Source of the DNA: Microcoleus sp. | GTDB lineage: Bacteria > Cyanobacteriota > Cyanobacteriia > Cyanobacteriales > Microcoleaceae | Direction: 5' to 3' | Assembly (NCBI GenBank): GCA_052279835.1 | Contig: CP181291.1 | Span: forward strand, 3,520,001-3,584,000 | Length of the DNA stretch: 64,000 nucleotides | Shown here: piece by piece, positions 1 through 9,215 of the stretch | How positions within the stretch are numbered: position 1 is the first letter of the stretch | Layout: every line of letters starts with the position of its first letter | Position numbers and translations under genes: made by a program | The notes under the pieces: generated by a model | Databases searched by the model: none | What the model saw: the letters and a program-made list of their open reading frames with translations, nothing else | Told to the model about the DNA's origin: nothing

Positions 1-1187
1 ATTACATACAAATTGCTTTTGTCCCCTTTAATATCATTAAAAGTAAAAGCAATTTGCTGGCTATCCGAAGACCATGCTAATTGAGAAATTCCTGATAATT
101 CTAATTGAGCAACTAACGGAGTCAGTTTGGAACCGTCAGCATTAATTGTGTAGAGTTTTTGTTGGTAAAAATCTCCGGTGGCGAAGGCGAGATTTTTGCC
201 ATCGGGAGACCAGGAAAGTGCGTCGTATCTGGTGGGCTTTTTGGTGATATTCTGGGATGTTCCGCTATTAATATCGATCGCATAAACATCTTGCTGTTTG
301 CCACCCCTATCCCCCGCTTTGTTGTAATAGTAGGCAAGACGGCGGCTGTCGGGCGACCAAAATAGTTTGACGTTGTAAGCTTGATTTTGGGGATTTTTCG
401 TCAGTTGTTTGAGGTTGCTACCGTCAGTATTGATGGTGTAAATTTGTTGTTGAGGATAGGTTCCCAACCAGAAAGCAATTTTGGTGCGATCGGGAGACCA
501 AACAAGTTCGCTACCACCCGAAACATATTCTCCTGGGGTTTTAGTTAATTGAGTCATGCCCGAACCATCTGCATTCATTTTGTAGATGTTCTTGTCTTTA
601 ACAAACGCTACCTGTTGGGCATCCGGTGACAGGTAAAATTCCGAAGAAATTTCAGTTTGAGGCGGTTGTCCTCCTACTGCCAAATTCCGAACTAATTTAG
701 TTCCTTTAATACCTGTAGTCTCGCTGGTATACAGAGATTGACTACCCGGTGTATCCGATGTAGAACCGTCGCAAGAACGCCCAAACACAAGTTTTTGACT
801 ATTAGAAGCCCAGGCAATTCTAAAATTAGCTGCTTTGCAGAAATCTCCAGAAAATTGTTTAGTTAATTGAGAACCATCCGCATTGACTGTATACATCTCC
901 GTATCGCTACCCACGAAAGCCAGCCGCTGGCCGTTGGGAGACCAAGCAAGGGCGGGACTAACATCTATGTTGGGGGCAAGTTCGCGACGCCCAGAGCCAT
1001 TGGTATTGACTGTAAATAAACTGTTTCTCACCTCGCCAGCACGCCTCTGAAGCGCCAAAAATGCCAGTGTCTTCGGTTTTTGAGCTGCGGGTGTGGGAGG
1101 GCTTGAGAGGCTCAAAAACAGGGTGATGAAGAGTGTGAGTGAAAATAGGGCGATCGCACCAATTCGCCATGTTTTTTTTAAACGCAT
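1..1187 (-). CDS. TolB-like beta-propeller (PD40 repeat) secreted protein, runs off the window edge
   Basis: Not in the ORF track. Manual translation from ATG at 1187 gives MRLKKTWRIGAIALFSLTLFITLFLS (signal/TM), then repeated WSPNG/WSPD..AF and YTVNADGS..LT motifs with no stop to base 1. Confidence 0.85.
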   Translation of the reverse strand, partial: MRLKKTWRIGAIALFSLTLFITLFLSLSSPPTPAAQKPKTLAFLALQRRAGEVRNSLFTVNTNGSGRRELAPNIDVSPALAWSPNGQRLAFVGSDTEMYTVNADGSQLTKQFSGDFCKAANFRIAWASNSQKLVFGRSCDGSTSDTPGSQSLYTSETTGIKGTKLVRNLAVGGQPPQTEISSEFYLSPDAQQVAFVKDKNIYKMNADGSGMTQLTKTPGEYVSGGSELVWSPDRTKIAFWLGTYPQQQIYTINTDGSNLKQLTKNPQNQAYNVKLFWSPDSRRLAYYYNKAGDRGGKQQDVYAIDINSGTSQNITKKPTRYDALSWSPDGKNLAFATGDFYQQKLYTINADGSKLTPLVAQLELSGISQLAWSSDSQQIAFTFNDIKGDKSNLYV

Positions 1188-1279
1188 TTTGTCAATTTAT
1201 CTCCTTACTTGTCAGTCGGGCGGTTTCAACTCACAACTCATTCCAGGGGAAAGGTTGTGAGTTACAAAGCAGAAAACTA

Positions 1280-1732
1280 TTAAAGTGTTTGTCGATCGAT
1301 ATGTCGCGACAACATCAAACTCTGTTTGATTCTACCAAGAATTACCTCGATCATTTTTTTGCGCGATGGATTTTTTGCGGTGGGAGGCATCCCCAATTCC
1401 AAACAAATCAAACTCAAATCCGTTGCAGTCATAGACAACAACTTTTTCCTCACCTCTTCTTCCTTACCATTTTTAGCTTTCAAACGCAGTTGTTCATAGA
1501 TTTGGAGTACCTGTTCCGGCGATAAACTAGCAGGTTTATCCGTAGTTACCTCTGGTGGAGATACCGTCGCTTCAGAGACTTTGGAAATGGCAGAAATTCC
1601 TCCCCGCCGGACTTTAGCCTCAATCCTAGTTAGTTTCCGAGAAACCTCGCGCAGGATTTCCTTAAGTTCGCTAATTTCATCAACTAACTGCGAGGTTTCT
1701 TCATCCTCACCCAAACTTTCTTTTTTAATCAT
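1280..1732 (-). CDS. hypothetical protein (coiled coil, linker, HeH/SAP-like C-terminus) coupled to ParA
   Basis: ATG at 1732 (MIKKESL) overlaps the ParA stop as ATGA; ~150 aa. Confidence 0.7.
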   Translation of the reverse strand: MIKKESLGEDEETSQLVDEISELKEILREVSRKLTRIEAKVRRGGISAISKVSEATVSPPEVTTDKPASLSPEQVLQIYEQLRLKAKNGKEEEVRKKLLSMTATDLSLICLELGMPPTAKNPSRKKMIEVILGRIKQSLMLSRHIDRQTL

Positions 1733-2637
1733 TTTAGATACTCCGCACACTCACTCCAAAGTTGTTCAAATTCCCTAACTAATTCTCGTGGCAATTCTCC
1801 TTCATTAATAGCTCGTTTCAAACCGACACTTTCGCGAATAGTCGATTCTAAAAACTTAACTTCTATACTATTCTCTTTGGAGATATCAGCGCAAAGTCTT
1901 TTCACCTCTCTCATATAAAACTGAACCTCGTTAGTCAGCAATCCTCCATAGATTTTAGCTTTGTTCATAAACACTGCAATTTTGGGGAAAGGATAAGGTT
2001 CAATCCGCTTTTGCAACGAGTTTAAGACCAAACTCAATCCCCTAGAACCAAAGTAATCAGGATTTACGGGAATTAATACTAAGTCGCAACAAGAAAGTAC
2101 GCTGTAAGTGAGGAGACTAAAGGAAGGAGAACAGTCAAACAGCATCAAATCATATTTAGGGAGAGTGGCAGATTTAGCTGGGTTGAGGGAGTTAACGGAG
2201 TTGGCAGAGTTGCTAATTTTGCCGATAAATCTGCGGATGAAGTCTTTAACATTTTTCCCATCAAATCCGTCCAGATCCAACCAATACAATTCTTCTACGG
2301 AAGGGACAAAATGTAACTGTTCATCAATTTGATAAATCGTGTCGAAACTCACGGGAAATTTAAAATTAGGTCCGTTTTTTTTAAACAGTTCGAGAGCATC
2401 GTAAATTGTGCGCCTTTCCCGGAGTGATTTTTCATACCACTTACCAAATTTGTCATCTAAATGACCTGTACTTTCATTAAGTCCGATCGCCTCTGTGAGG
2501 GACATCTGCGGGTCTAAGTCTAACATTAGAACTTCGAGGTCTGTGCCTTGGGATATAATATTTCCCAGGCTCCAAGTGACGGTCGTTTTGCCGACACCGC
2601 CTTTGAAGTTGATTACGGCTATGGATTTTGGAGTCAT
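1729..2637 (-). CDS. ParA/Soj family ATPase
   Basis: Deviant Walker A NFKGGVGKTT, DLDPQ, and DCSPS motifs. Confidence 0.9.
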   Translation of the reverse strand: MTPKSIAVINFKGGVGKTTVTWSLGNIISQGTDLEVLMLDLDPQMSLTEAIGLNESTGHLDDKFGKWYEKSLRERRTIYDALELFKKNGPNFKFPVSFDTIYQIDEQLHFVPSVEELYWLDLDGFDGKNVKDFIRRFIGKISNSANSVNSLNPAKSATLPKYDLMLFDCSPSFSLLTYSVLSCCDLVLIPVNPDYFGSRGLSLVLNSLQKRIEPYPFPKIAVFMNKAKIYGGLLTNEVQFYMREVKRLCADISKENSIEVKFLESTIRESVGLKRAINEGELPRELVREFEQLWSECAEYLK

Positions 2638-2943
2638 GGTTGCCTTGGTTTAGATTTTGCTCAAATATAAATTAAAACATATTGTGTGACTGAGTTCAGC
2701 TTGCGATCGCCTAGGAGGGTCAGGATTTGCCCAGGGTTCTCAAACTTAGACTTTGATAGTATATCATTGAAAATGGTAAAATTATTCCTAAATATCCCTG
2801 ATTGAAGGAGTAAATAACCAAAAAATATCCTGTTGATTGCCAAACAGATTTAACTAAAATTAAGCCTGTCAAAACCAAGTCAAACTTTTAGATAAAGTCG
2901 CGCTAGAAGCAAGTTTAGAACGGGAGAATCCCGATTTTGCATA

Positions 2944-3008
2944 GGCGAAGCATGACCGCAGAAAATTTATTAGTGATAACCAGAGATTTACAGCGGTCAT
3001 GCTTCGCC
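2944..3008. repeat. REP-like inverted repeat pair
   Basis: Perfect 16-bp IR GGCGAAGCATGACCGC...GCGGTCATGCTTCGCC; related to 38755-38821. Confidence 0.8.
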
Positions 3009-3216
3009 CCAACGAATATATTTGCACTCATTGAGATGCACCCGTCTAGAACAGGCTGGAGGGCCTGTTGCACAGTAATTATTGGGGGTTGCTCAACAAA
3101 ATACTACTATTGGCCCTGGCAGTTATTTCGCCAGATAGAGGTGCGATCGCCAGTCCCTGTGAAAATCTAATAACAAGCTCAAAAATACCAAAATTCGCGA
3201 TCGCCCCCAACCCGCC

Positions 3217-4113
3217 ATGCAAGGAACAAATCAACTCAGGACAGCAGCCCTACTAGGACTTCTCAGCGGCCTTCTCGTTTTAGGAAGCTATTATTTAATC
3301 GGCAACGAACAAGGACTTTACATCGGCTTAGCCCTAGCAGCCTTCAGCAGTTTCAGTTCTTGGTACTACTCAGATACAGCAGCCTTAATGGCTTACCGCG
3401 CCCGCCCCATTGCCCGCAGCGAAGCTCCCGAAATCTACGATATGGTAGCATCATTGAGCGCCAAGGCAGAAATTCCAGTACCAAAAATCTTTATAGTTCC
3501 GACTCAATCTCCCAACGCATTCGCCACAGGAAGAGACCCAGAACACGCCACAATCGCAGTTACTGAAGGCATCATCAAACTGCTTTCCCGCGAAGAATTG
3601 GAAGGCGTTATAGCGCACGAACTGACGCACATTCGTAACCGCGACACTCTCACTCAAGCAGTAGCCGGGACAATTGCCGGTGCGATTACCTTTGTGGGGC
3701 GAATTCTGACATTTGGAGCACTTTACGGCCCGGTAACGCGGGACAGCAGACAAGGCCCAAATCCGTTTGGTTTGCTATTTTTAATCATCTTAGCGCCGCT
3801 ATCAGCAACTTTAATTCAATTGGCAATTTCGCGGACAAGGGAATTTGCAGCCGATAGCGGTGCGGTGGAAATTACCAACAATCCTATTGGCTTAGCAAAC
3901 GCGCTGCAAAAGTTGGAGAAAATGGGCCGAGAAATTCCGATGCACGGGAATCCGGCGATGTCACCGCTGTTGATTGTGAATCCTCTTTCGACGGAAGGTT
4001 TGCAGTCTCTTTTCCGCACTCACCCCTCTACAGAAGAACGAATTCAGCGGCTTTTAGCGATCGCGCAGCAACAGCAAGGTACTCCTGTTATGGCCTACGT
4101 TGGCAAAAGTTAA
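3217..4113 (+). CDS. htpX: zinc metalloprotease HtpX (M48)
   Basis: PNAFATGR, HELTH, ISRTREFAAD, THPSTEERI motifs; TM helices. Confidence 0.93.
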   Translation: MQGTNQLRTAALLGLLSGLLVLGSYYLIGNEQGLYIGLALAAFSSFSSWYYSDTAALMAYRARPIARSEAPEIYDMVASLSAKAEIPVPKIFIVPTQSPNAFATGRDPEHATIAVTEGIIKLLSREELEGVIAHELTHIRNRDTLTQAVAGTIAGAITFVGRILTFGALYGPVTRDSRQGPNPFGLLFLIILAPLSATLIQLAISRTREFAADSGAVEITNNPIGLANALQKLEKMGREIPMHGNPAMSPLLIVNPLSTEGLQSLFRTHPSTEERIQRLLAIAQQQQGTPVMAYVGKS

Positions 4114-4141
4114 GTAGTGGAAAATGTAGAAACAATATTGA

Positions 4142-4172
4142 AAAACCAGGTTGTTTGAAGCAGCCTGGTTTC
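4142..4172 (+). terminator. hairpin after htpX, probable terminator
   Basis: AAACCAGGTTGTT-TG-AAGCAGCCTGGTTT stem. Confidence 0.5.
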
Positions 4173-4240
4173 TGTATGTTTATAATGATAGCTGTGGTCT
4201 GATGACTCGTACAATTAATTTGCATCGTGGGTGTGAGTAA

Positions 4241-4343
4241 GTGATTCGGTGAATTCGATGAAAACGGTAATCTACCACCGGGAATTCATTTTTGCGAAGG
4301 GGAGGAGTTTGAGGAAAGATTTGGCACTAATGATAAGATATAA
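4241..4343 (+). pseudogene. 5' stub of a DUF6932-like protein
   Basis: GTG ATT CGG, then a +1 shift to EFDENGNLPPGIHFCEGEEFEERFGTN*; family recognised from the N-terminal motif. Confidence 0.55.
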
Positions 4344-4357
4344 CTTTACCATTTTCT

Positions 4358-4708
4358 TTGTTTGCCATGACGCTGAAAGAATTAGAGCCTCAATTGCTGG
4401 CACTCTCTGACGACGAAAAAGCTCAAGTCGTTCAACTCCTATCTCAAGGTAAAATCACTCTCGGGCGCGGTATAGAAAAAACGCCTGGTGTTTGTGGCGG
4501 AAGTGCCTGCATTGCTGGAACTCGCATCACCGTTTGGGGACTTGTAGAAGCTCGTCGTATTGGCTATAGCGAAGCCGATTTACTCACAAGCTATTTATCG
4601 CTATCTGCTACGGATATTGCCAACGCTTGGGCTTATGCTGAAGCCTTTTCCGATGAAATTGAAACAGAAATTAGGGAAAATGATGAAGTGATGGACGAGG
4701 ATTTGTAG
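4358..4708 (+). CDS. DUF433 antitoxin-like protein
   Basis: IEKTPGVCGGSACIAGTRITV signature; true start may be the ATG of MTLKELE. Confidence 0.9.
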   Translation: MFAMTLKELEPQLLALSDDEKAQVVQLLSQGKITLGRGIEKTPGVCGGSACIAGTRITVWGLVEARRIGYSEADLLTSYLSLSATDIANAWAYAEAFSDEIETEIRENDEVMDEDL

Positions 4709-4711
4709 CAG

Positions 4712-5053
4712 ATGGCACGTCTCTATGCTGATGAGCAATACCCTTATCCTGTTGTACAATTACTGCGAGATTTAGGACACGATGTTTTGACTGTTCAAGA
4801 AGCAGGTAAAGCCAATCAAGGAATTCCTGACTCGGATGTTTTAGCTTTTGCCAGTAGCGAAAAACGTGCCGTCATTACCGAAAACCGTAAAGATTTCTTT
4901 CGGTTGCACCGCCTACAGCCCCTTCATGCTGGTATTATTGCCTGTACGAACGATCGCAATTGGGAAGCGCTGGCTAACCGAATCAATGTGGCTATTACAG
5001 TAGAAGAATCTTTGGAAGGTAAACTAATTCGTGTTGTGCGTCCTGCTGTGTGA
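4712..5053 (+). CDS. DUF5615 PIN-like toxin
   Basis: LYADE, GHDVLTV, ITENRKDF, HAGII; starts 3 bp after the DUF433 gene. Confidence 0.9.
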   Translation: MARLYADEQYPYPVVQLLRDLGHDVLTVQEAGKANQGIPDSDVLAFASSEKRAVITENRKDFFRLHRLQPLHAGIIACTNDRNWEALANRINVAITVEESLEGKLIRVVRPAV

Positions 5054-5193
5054 ACGTAGAGTCAGATAAGTTATAAATATTGGTGCGAATGTGGTTCGTT
5101 TGGGTTCGCACTGGAGGCGATCGCTCTTGATGCGTGAAGGGCGATCGCACTCAGTAATCGAGCGTAACAGACTCACTACAGCGTCCAATCTTC

Positions 5194-5340
5194 ATTGCGA
5201 TTTTAAGTCGCCAGATTGCGCTGCCTCATCAAGATCCCGCAGACCGATTCATTAGTGCCACAGCTATTTACTATGGCTTAATATTAGCCACAGTTGATGC
5301 CAACCTTACAGGAAATTCGGCACTACAAACACTCAGTTAG
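5194..5340 (+). pseudogene. 3' stub of a VapC/PIN toxin
   Basis: Manual translation IAILSRQIALPHQDPADRFISATAIYYGLILATVDANL...*; no start or N-terminal half. Confidence 0.75.
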
Positions 5341-5370
5341 GCAATAGCGTAATGAAGCCATACAACTTTA

Positions 5371-5811
5371 CTATCCTCTAATTGCTTGTTCTGCTAATCT
5401 CTCAAATTCATCGCAGTTGTTGATTAGGGTTTGCACAATTTTGATGAAGTAATTGATATCCAGTAAACTAATTTCTGCATTGTGCATTATCGAAAAAACC
5501 TGCCTTCCACCAATTTCCTCTAGACACCAAAACCCAGTTTTATACTTGCTACTCTCCTTAAGAAGATATGACGAAATTTGATGAGGAATATAATCAAAAC
5601 TATCAAATTTCAAACCGCTCGGACAAGAAAACTCCAAGGTTGTATCGAATCGCAAGATAAACACTGTCTGCGTGCTTCCAGAATTCATATTAAATTTTAT
5701 TACAGCCTTGTTAGAGTTGATGTCAGCAATTCTCCAGCCAATTTGATTGCAATAGCCTCTAACTGTTGCCTGAAAGTTGTTATACGAAAACAAATCTTTT
5801 TCAATTGCCAT
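5371..5811 (-). CDS. hypothetical protein, possibly YbjN/T3SS-chaperone-like fold
   Basis: 146 aa with AGGAGG RBS; alpha-beta-alpha pattern ending NCDEFE. Confidence 0.65.
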   Translation of the reverse strand: MAIEKDLFSYNNFQATVRGYCNQIGWRIADINSNKAVIKFNMNSGSTQTVFILRFDTTLEFSCPSGLKFDSFDYIPHQISSYLLKESSKYKTGFWCLEEIGGRQVFSIMHNAEISLLDINYFIKIVQTLINNCDEFERLAEQAIRG

Positions 5812-5943
5812 CTGCTCCTCCTAAAGTTAATGAGAGTTATGACTTTAAATTACATGACAGTAGAGACCTGATTTGCTGGCAAGGGATAATCTTGCCAGTT
5901 GTGCTAGTTTTGGCTAAATTTTCTTAGCATTTAGGTTGGCTGT

Positions 5944-6282
5944 CTAAACAAACCATATACTATTAATTGTTTCACCTCCTATACCTATATCAACGCGGTA
6001 GGTTTCTCCAGAATATTTGAATTCTCTCCGTGCAGCAGTTATATCCCCATTACCGTCGTAACTTGTTCCTCTATTGTTTTCAAGCCAAGTAACCACTTGA
6101 TCTACAGTAGACTCAAAATCTTCATGAGCTTTTCTAGGCAGTGCAGATTTTCCTTCACTTTTCAAACCTTCGACCACAGCGACAGCTTCGCTATAAGTTG
6201 GAGCTTTATCGTATCTTTGTTTTGATGTAGCTAAAGTAGCTGTTCCCTTCTGCAATTGAGCTTTGAATCGATAGTCACCCAT
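5944..6282 (-). CDS. hypothetical protein
   Basis: 112 aa, GGAG RBS, co-oriented with its neighbours. Confidence 0.7.
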   Translation of the reverse strand: MGDYRFKAQLQKGTATLATSKQRYDKAPTYSEAVAVVEGLKSEGKSALPRKAHEDFESTVDQVVTWLENNRGTSYDGNGDITAARREFKYSGETYRVDIGIGGETINSIWFV

Positions 6283-6334
6283 GTCTTACTCCATTGAATT
6301 GGCTATATTTTATGATCGCAATAAGAAAAATTTC

Positions 6335-6604
6335 CTACCAAAGAGGTCTCGCCCCAGAAAGAATCTTCTGGATGTCATAATCAGATAAATCGTATACCTT
6401 ACCTTGATCGTCTCTAAAAATAGAGCCTTGATCAGTTTCGCCAACCTTGTAAATGTGAATATGGTCATCATCAGCCTCTTTCCTACTTAAACCTGATCGA
6501 GCCATCAGTATATCGGTACACTTACCATTATCATCAAATTGATGTTTGACCTGATAAGAACCTTTATCTTCCCAAGTATTTGCACCGGGATACCACTTAC
6601 TCAT
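6335..6604 (-). CDS. hypothetical protein (HIH motif)
   Basis: 89 aa, GGAG RBS, first gene of the divergent cluster. Confidence 0.7.
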   Translation of the reverse strand: MSKWYPGANTWEDKGSYQVKHQFDDNGKCTDILMARSGLSRKEADDDHIHIYKVGETDQGSIFRDDQGKVYDLSDYDIQKILSGARPLW

Positions 6605-6786
6605 TTGCTGACTCCATTATAAAACGTTGACTTAACACTATTACATGCTGAATTGCCAGCGTTTAATTTATAAATTAACGCTTTAATACTTTTCCTATTC
6701 TCCTTAAAGATCAAAGTTTTGTCTATCCCAAAAATGCTGAATTTTGTTGGCAATTTTGTCTGCTACTCCAACTCGCCCTATGTAAA

Positions 6787-6832
6787 AAATGTTGGCAAAT
6801 GCTATAAAATGTTGGCAAATGTTAGGTATAAT
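6787..6832. promoter_or_regulatory. 4x10-bp direct repeat array followed by TATAAT
   Basis: AAATGTTGGC AAATGCTATA AAATGTTGGC AAATGTTAGG TATAAT; weaker copies at 6732-6763. Confidence 0.65.
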
Positions 6833-6861
6833 ACGAAAAATCACAACATCCACGATGCTGC

Positions 6862-8235
6862 ATGAATCTTAAGGAAGTGTTAAAAATGGCTGACGAGATG
6901 GTCTTTGCCAAAACGGGTCAGCACCTCGATAACTTACAAGAGGCAATTCTGCGAGGAACCATGCAAGGTGAGAAATATACCAAAATTGCCGAAGAGATTC
7001 ACTGTAACGAGAGTTACGTTAGGCAAGTTGGTTCGCAATTATGGCAGATAATTTCAGAAGACTTAGGGGAAGATGTCAATAAAAAGAATTTTCGCTCCGC
7101 AATGGGAAGATTTATATTTGAAAATGTCTCTAATTTTGAAAACGTAGCAATTAGTAGTTTTAACACCTGTGGAGAAGGAAGACACCCGCCAAATATCCCA
7201 AACTCACACCCACCAAATCAGGAAACATCTAACACAAAACAATCTCAAAACTCAAATCAAGATTTAAGCGAAATGCCGGAGTTGGGTGATTTATTCGATC
7301 GCACTTCCGAACTCCAAACCCTCACAACCTGGATTCTACAACAAAACAGTCGCCTCATAGCCCTCACTGGCCGACTCGGCATCGGCAAAACAACCCTAGC
7401 AGTAAAACTCGTACAACAAATTAAAGACGAGTTTGAGTACGTTATTTGGTGCAGCATAGACGCATCCCACACCCCAGATGAATTTGAACATAAACTAATA
7501 CAGCTTTTCTCCCAGTCAGAAAAACAAGATTTATCCCCAACAAACCAGAAACGCTTACCGCTGATTAAATATTTGCAAAACCATCGCTGTTTAATAGTCT
7601 TAGATGACGTTCACAACCTTTTCTGTAGTGGCGAATTGGCAGGAAAGTATAAACCAGAGTATGAAGAATATCGCTCTTTATTCAAACAGATAGAAAAATT
7701 ATCCCATCAAAGTTGCTTGCTGTTAATCGGTTGGGAACAACCGAGAGAAGTGACTCAATTTAAAAACCAAAATACTCCCATTCGTACCTTACAACTGGTA
7801 GGTTTAGACATCGCAGCCGGACGGGAAATCCTCAGAGATTGTGGGTTAGAAGAAATCGACAACTACTCAGCGCTCATTCAGCGCTATGAAGGCAATCCGC
7901 TATGGTTAAAAAGTGTGGCGAATCTGATTCAAGAGTTGGGAATCGGCGTGACAGAATTATTACTAGATGATACCATATTGTTGCCGGAAGATTTGAAAGA
8001 TGTTTTACAGCAGCAGTACGATCACACTTCCGAACTAGAAAAACAAGTTATGTCATTGTTGGCGAAAGAAAACCAGCCAGTCAACCTAGCAAAATTGCTA
8101 GAAAAAGGACAAATATCATCATCAGATTTACTCAACGCCCTCCAATCTTTATCGCGGCGCTGCTCGATCGAAAAAGAAGGAAGTCTTTACACTTTGTCAC
8201 CTGTACTGAGGCAGTATATCAAAACTCGACAATGA
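6862..8235 (+). CDS. N-terminal wHTH + NB-ARC (STAND) ATPase lacking C-terminal sensor repeats
   Basis: YTKIAEE...GSQLWQIISEDLG HTH; Walker A GRLGIGKT; LIVLDD; GNPLWL. Confidence 0.88.
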   Translation: MNLKEVLKMADEMVFAKTGQHLDNLQEAILRGTMQGEKYTKIAEEIHCNESYVRQVGSQLWQIISEDLGEDVNKKNFRSAMGRFIFENVSNFENVAISSFNTCGEGRHPPNIPNSHPPNQETSNTKQSQNSNQDLSEMPELGDLFDRTSELQTLTTWILQQNSRLIALTGRLGIGKTTLAVKLVQQIKDEFEYVIWCSIDASHTPDEFEHKLIQLFSQSEKQDLSPTNQKRLPLIKYLQNHRCLIVLDDVHNLFCSGELAGKYKPEYEEYRSLFKQIEKLSHQSCLLLIGWEQPREVTQFKNQNTPIRTLQLVGLDIAAGREILRDCGLEEIDNYSALIQRYEGNPLWLKSVANLIQELGIGVTELLLDDTILLPEDLKDVLQQQYDHTSELEKQVMSLLAKENQPVNLAKLLEKGQISSSDLLNALQSLSRRCSIEKEGSLYTLSPVLRQYIKTRQ

Positions 8236-8244
8236 ATAAATCTC

Positions 8245-8571
8245 TCAAACAACACCGCTTGTCAACTCTTGTTTCCTCAAATTCGGCAACAATGCTAAAA
8301 CATCCAAATACCACCACCAACGATGAGGTGTAATCTCCTCAAATTTGCGCTTCTGGGTTAAATCCACAAATTTCGACAACTCCTGATAAAACTCCCTTGC
8401 TTGTTCAACTAACCGTCGATCCGCATTTGCTAATAAACCGTTCTCTTCCTCAGTCAGTTGAGATTCAACTTTTGCCAACTCATCTCTTAGTTGCAACATT
8501 TCTAAATGTTCAGCCCCACTCACATCAGGAAATTCAACCATCACACAATAGTTCTTTACCAAAATATTCAT
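8245..8571 (-). CDS. hypothetical helical protein, putative antitoxin/immunity
   Basis: 108 aa, acidic, WWWYLD motif; ATGA overlap with the upstream gene. Confidence 0.7.
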   Translation of the reverse strand: MNILVKNYCVMVEFPDVSGAEHLEMLQLRDELAKVESQLTEEENGLLANADRRLVEQAREFYQELSKFVDLTQKRKFEEITPHRWWWYLDVLALLPNLRKQELTSGVV

Positions 8572-8981
8572 AACAAATCCTTAACTAAACCTACATAAAT
8601 AAACATTGAATTCGCCAGGTAGCTTTCGGGTTCCTTTGGAGGAAAAGCCGTTTCTAAAACTCCATCCAAGCCGATTATTACCAGCCATATTGTGTTGTTT
8701 ACACTGCTGGTAATTGTCGGATAAAACGTTTGTCCGTAAACATACACATAAACTTTAGCATCAGCATCCCTAACAATAAAACTGATAACTCCATTATATT
8801 CTTCAAGGGTGGCTTCCGGCCCTAAATGGCCTAAATTAATCCTTTTGAGTAAATGAGACATTGCTTTTCCAGGTTTCCAGAGAATTCCGTCTCTCACCCG
8901 CTCAATTGCTTTTACAATCTCTAATTGCCTACCTTCATCAAAAAACAACTTTAACCTTACCTCATAAAAACTGAACTGCAA
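8568..8981 (-). CDS. hypothetical protein, putative RNase-type toxin
   Basis: HLLKR..GHL and WLVIIGLDGVLETAFPP; start codon uncertain. Confidence 0.65.
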   Translation of the reverse strand: MQFSFYEVRLKLFFDEGRQLEIVKAIERVRDGILWKPGKAMSHLLKRINLGHLGPEATLEEYNGVISFIVRDADAKVYVYVYGQTFYPTITSSVNNTIWLVIIGLDGVLETAFPPKEPESYLANSMFIYVGLVKDLL

Positions 8982-9059
8982 ACAAACATATCATAACCTA
9001 TAATCGAAAAATGCAGATGATTTGGAGTCATCTGCGTTAATTCAGTAGCTCAATTAAAC

Positions 9060-9164
9060 TGGATTTACGCACTCCGACAAAGAAACCGGGTTTTTTCCGA
9101 ATCTGTCGCCTACAGCAAAGTATTCTCGTAAAAACCCGGTTTCTAGGCTTAATGCGTAAGTCTT
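9060..9164 (+). mobile_element. nested-palindrome miniature element (family A)
   Basis: Outer IR GGATTTACGCA...TGCGTAAGTCT; inner IR AGAAACCGGGTTTTT...AAAAACCCGGTTTCT. Confidence 0.8.
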
Positions 9165-9215
9165 ATAAAATAGATATAAAATATAAATTGATGCTGCTAG
9201 CAATGGAGTCATCCC

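Noticed and set aside
958..1170. 70-aa ORF from the track
   Set aside because: An out-of-frame shadow of the TolB-like gene starting at 1187.
1280..2637. McdAB carboxysome positioning system
   Set aside because: No carboxysome genes nearby, and the partner lacks the C-terminal Trp typical of McdB; not fully excluded without a search.
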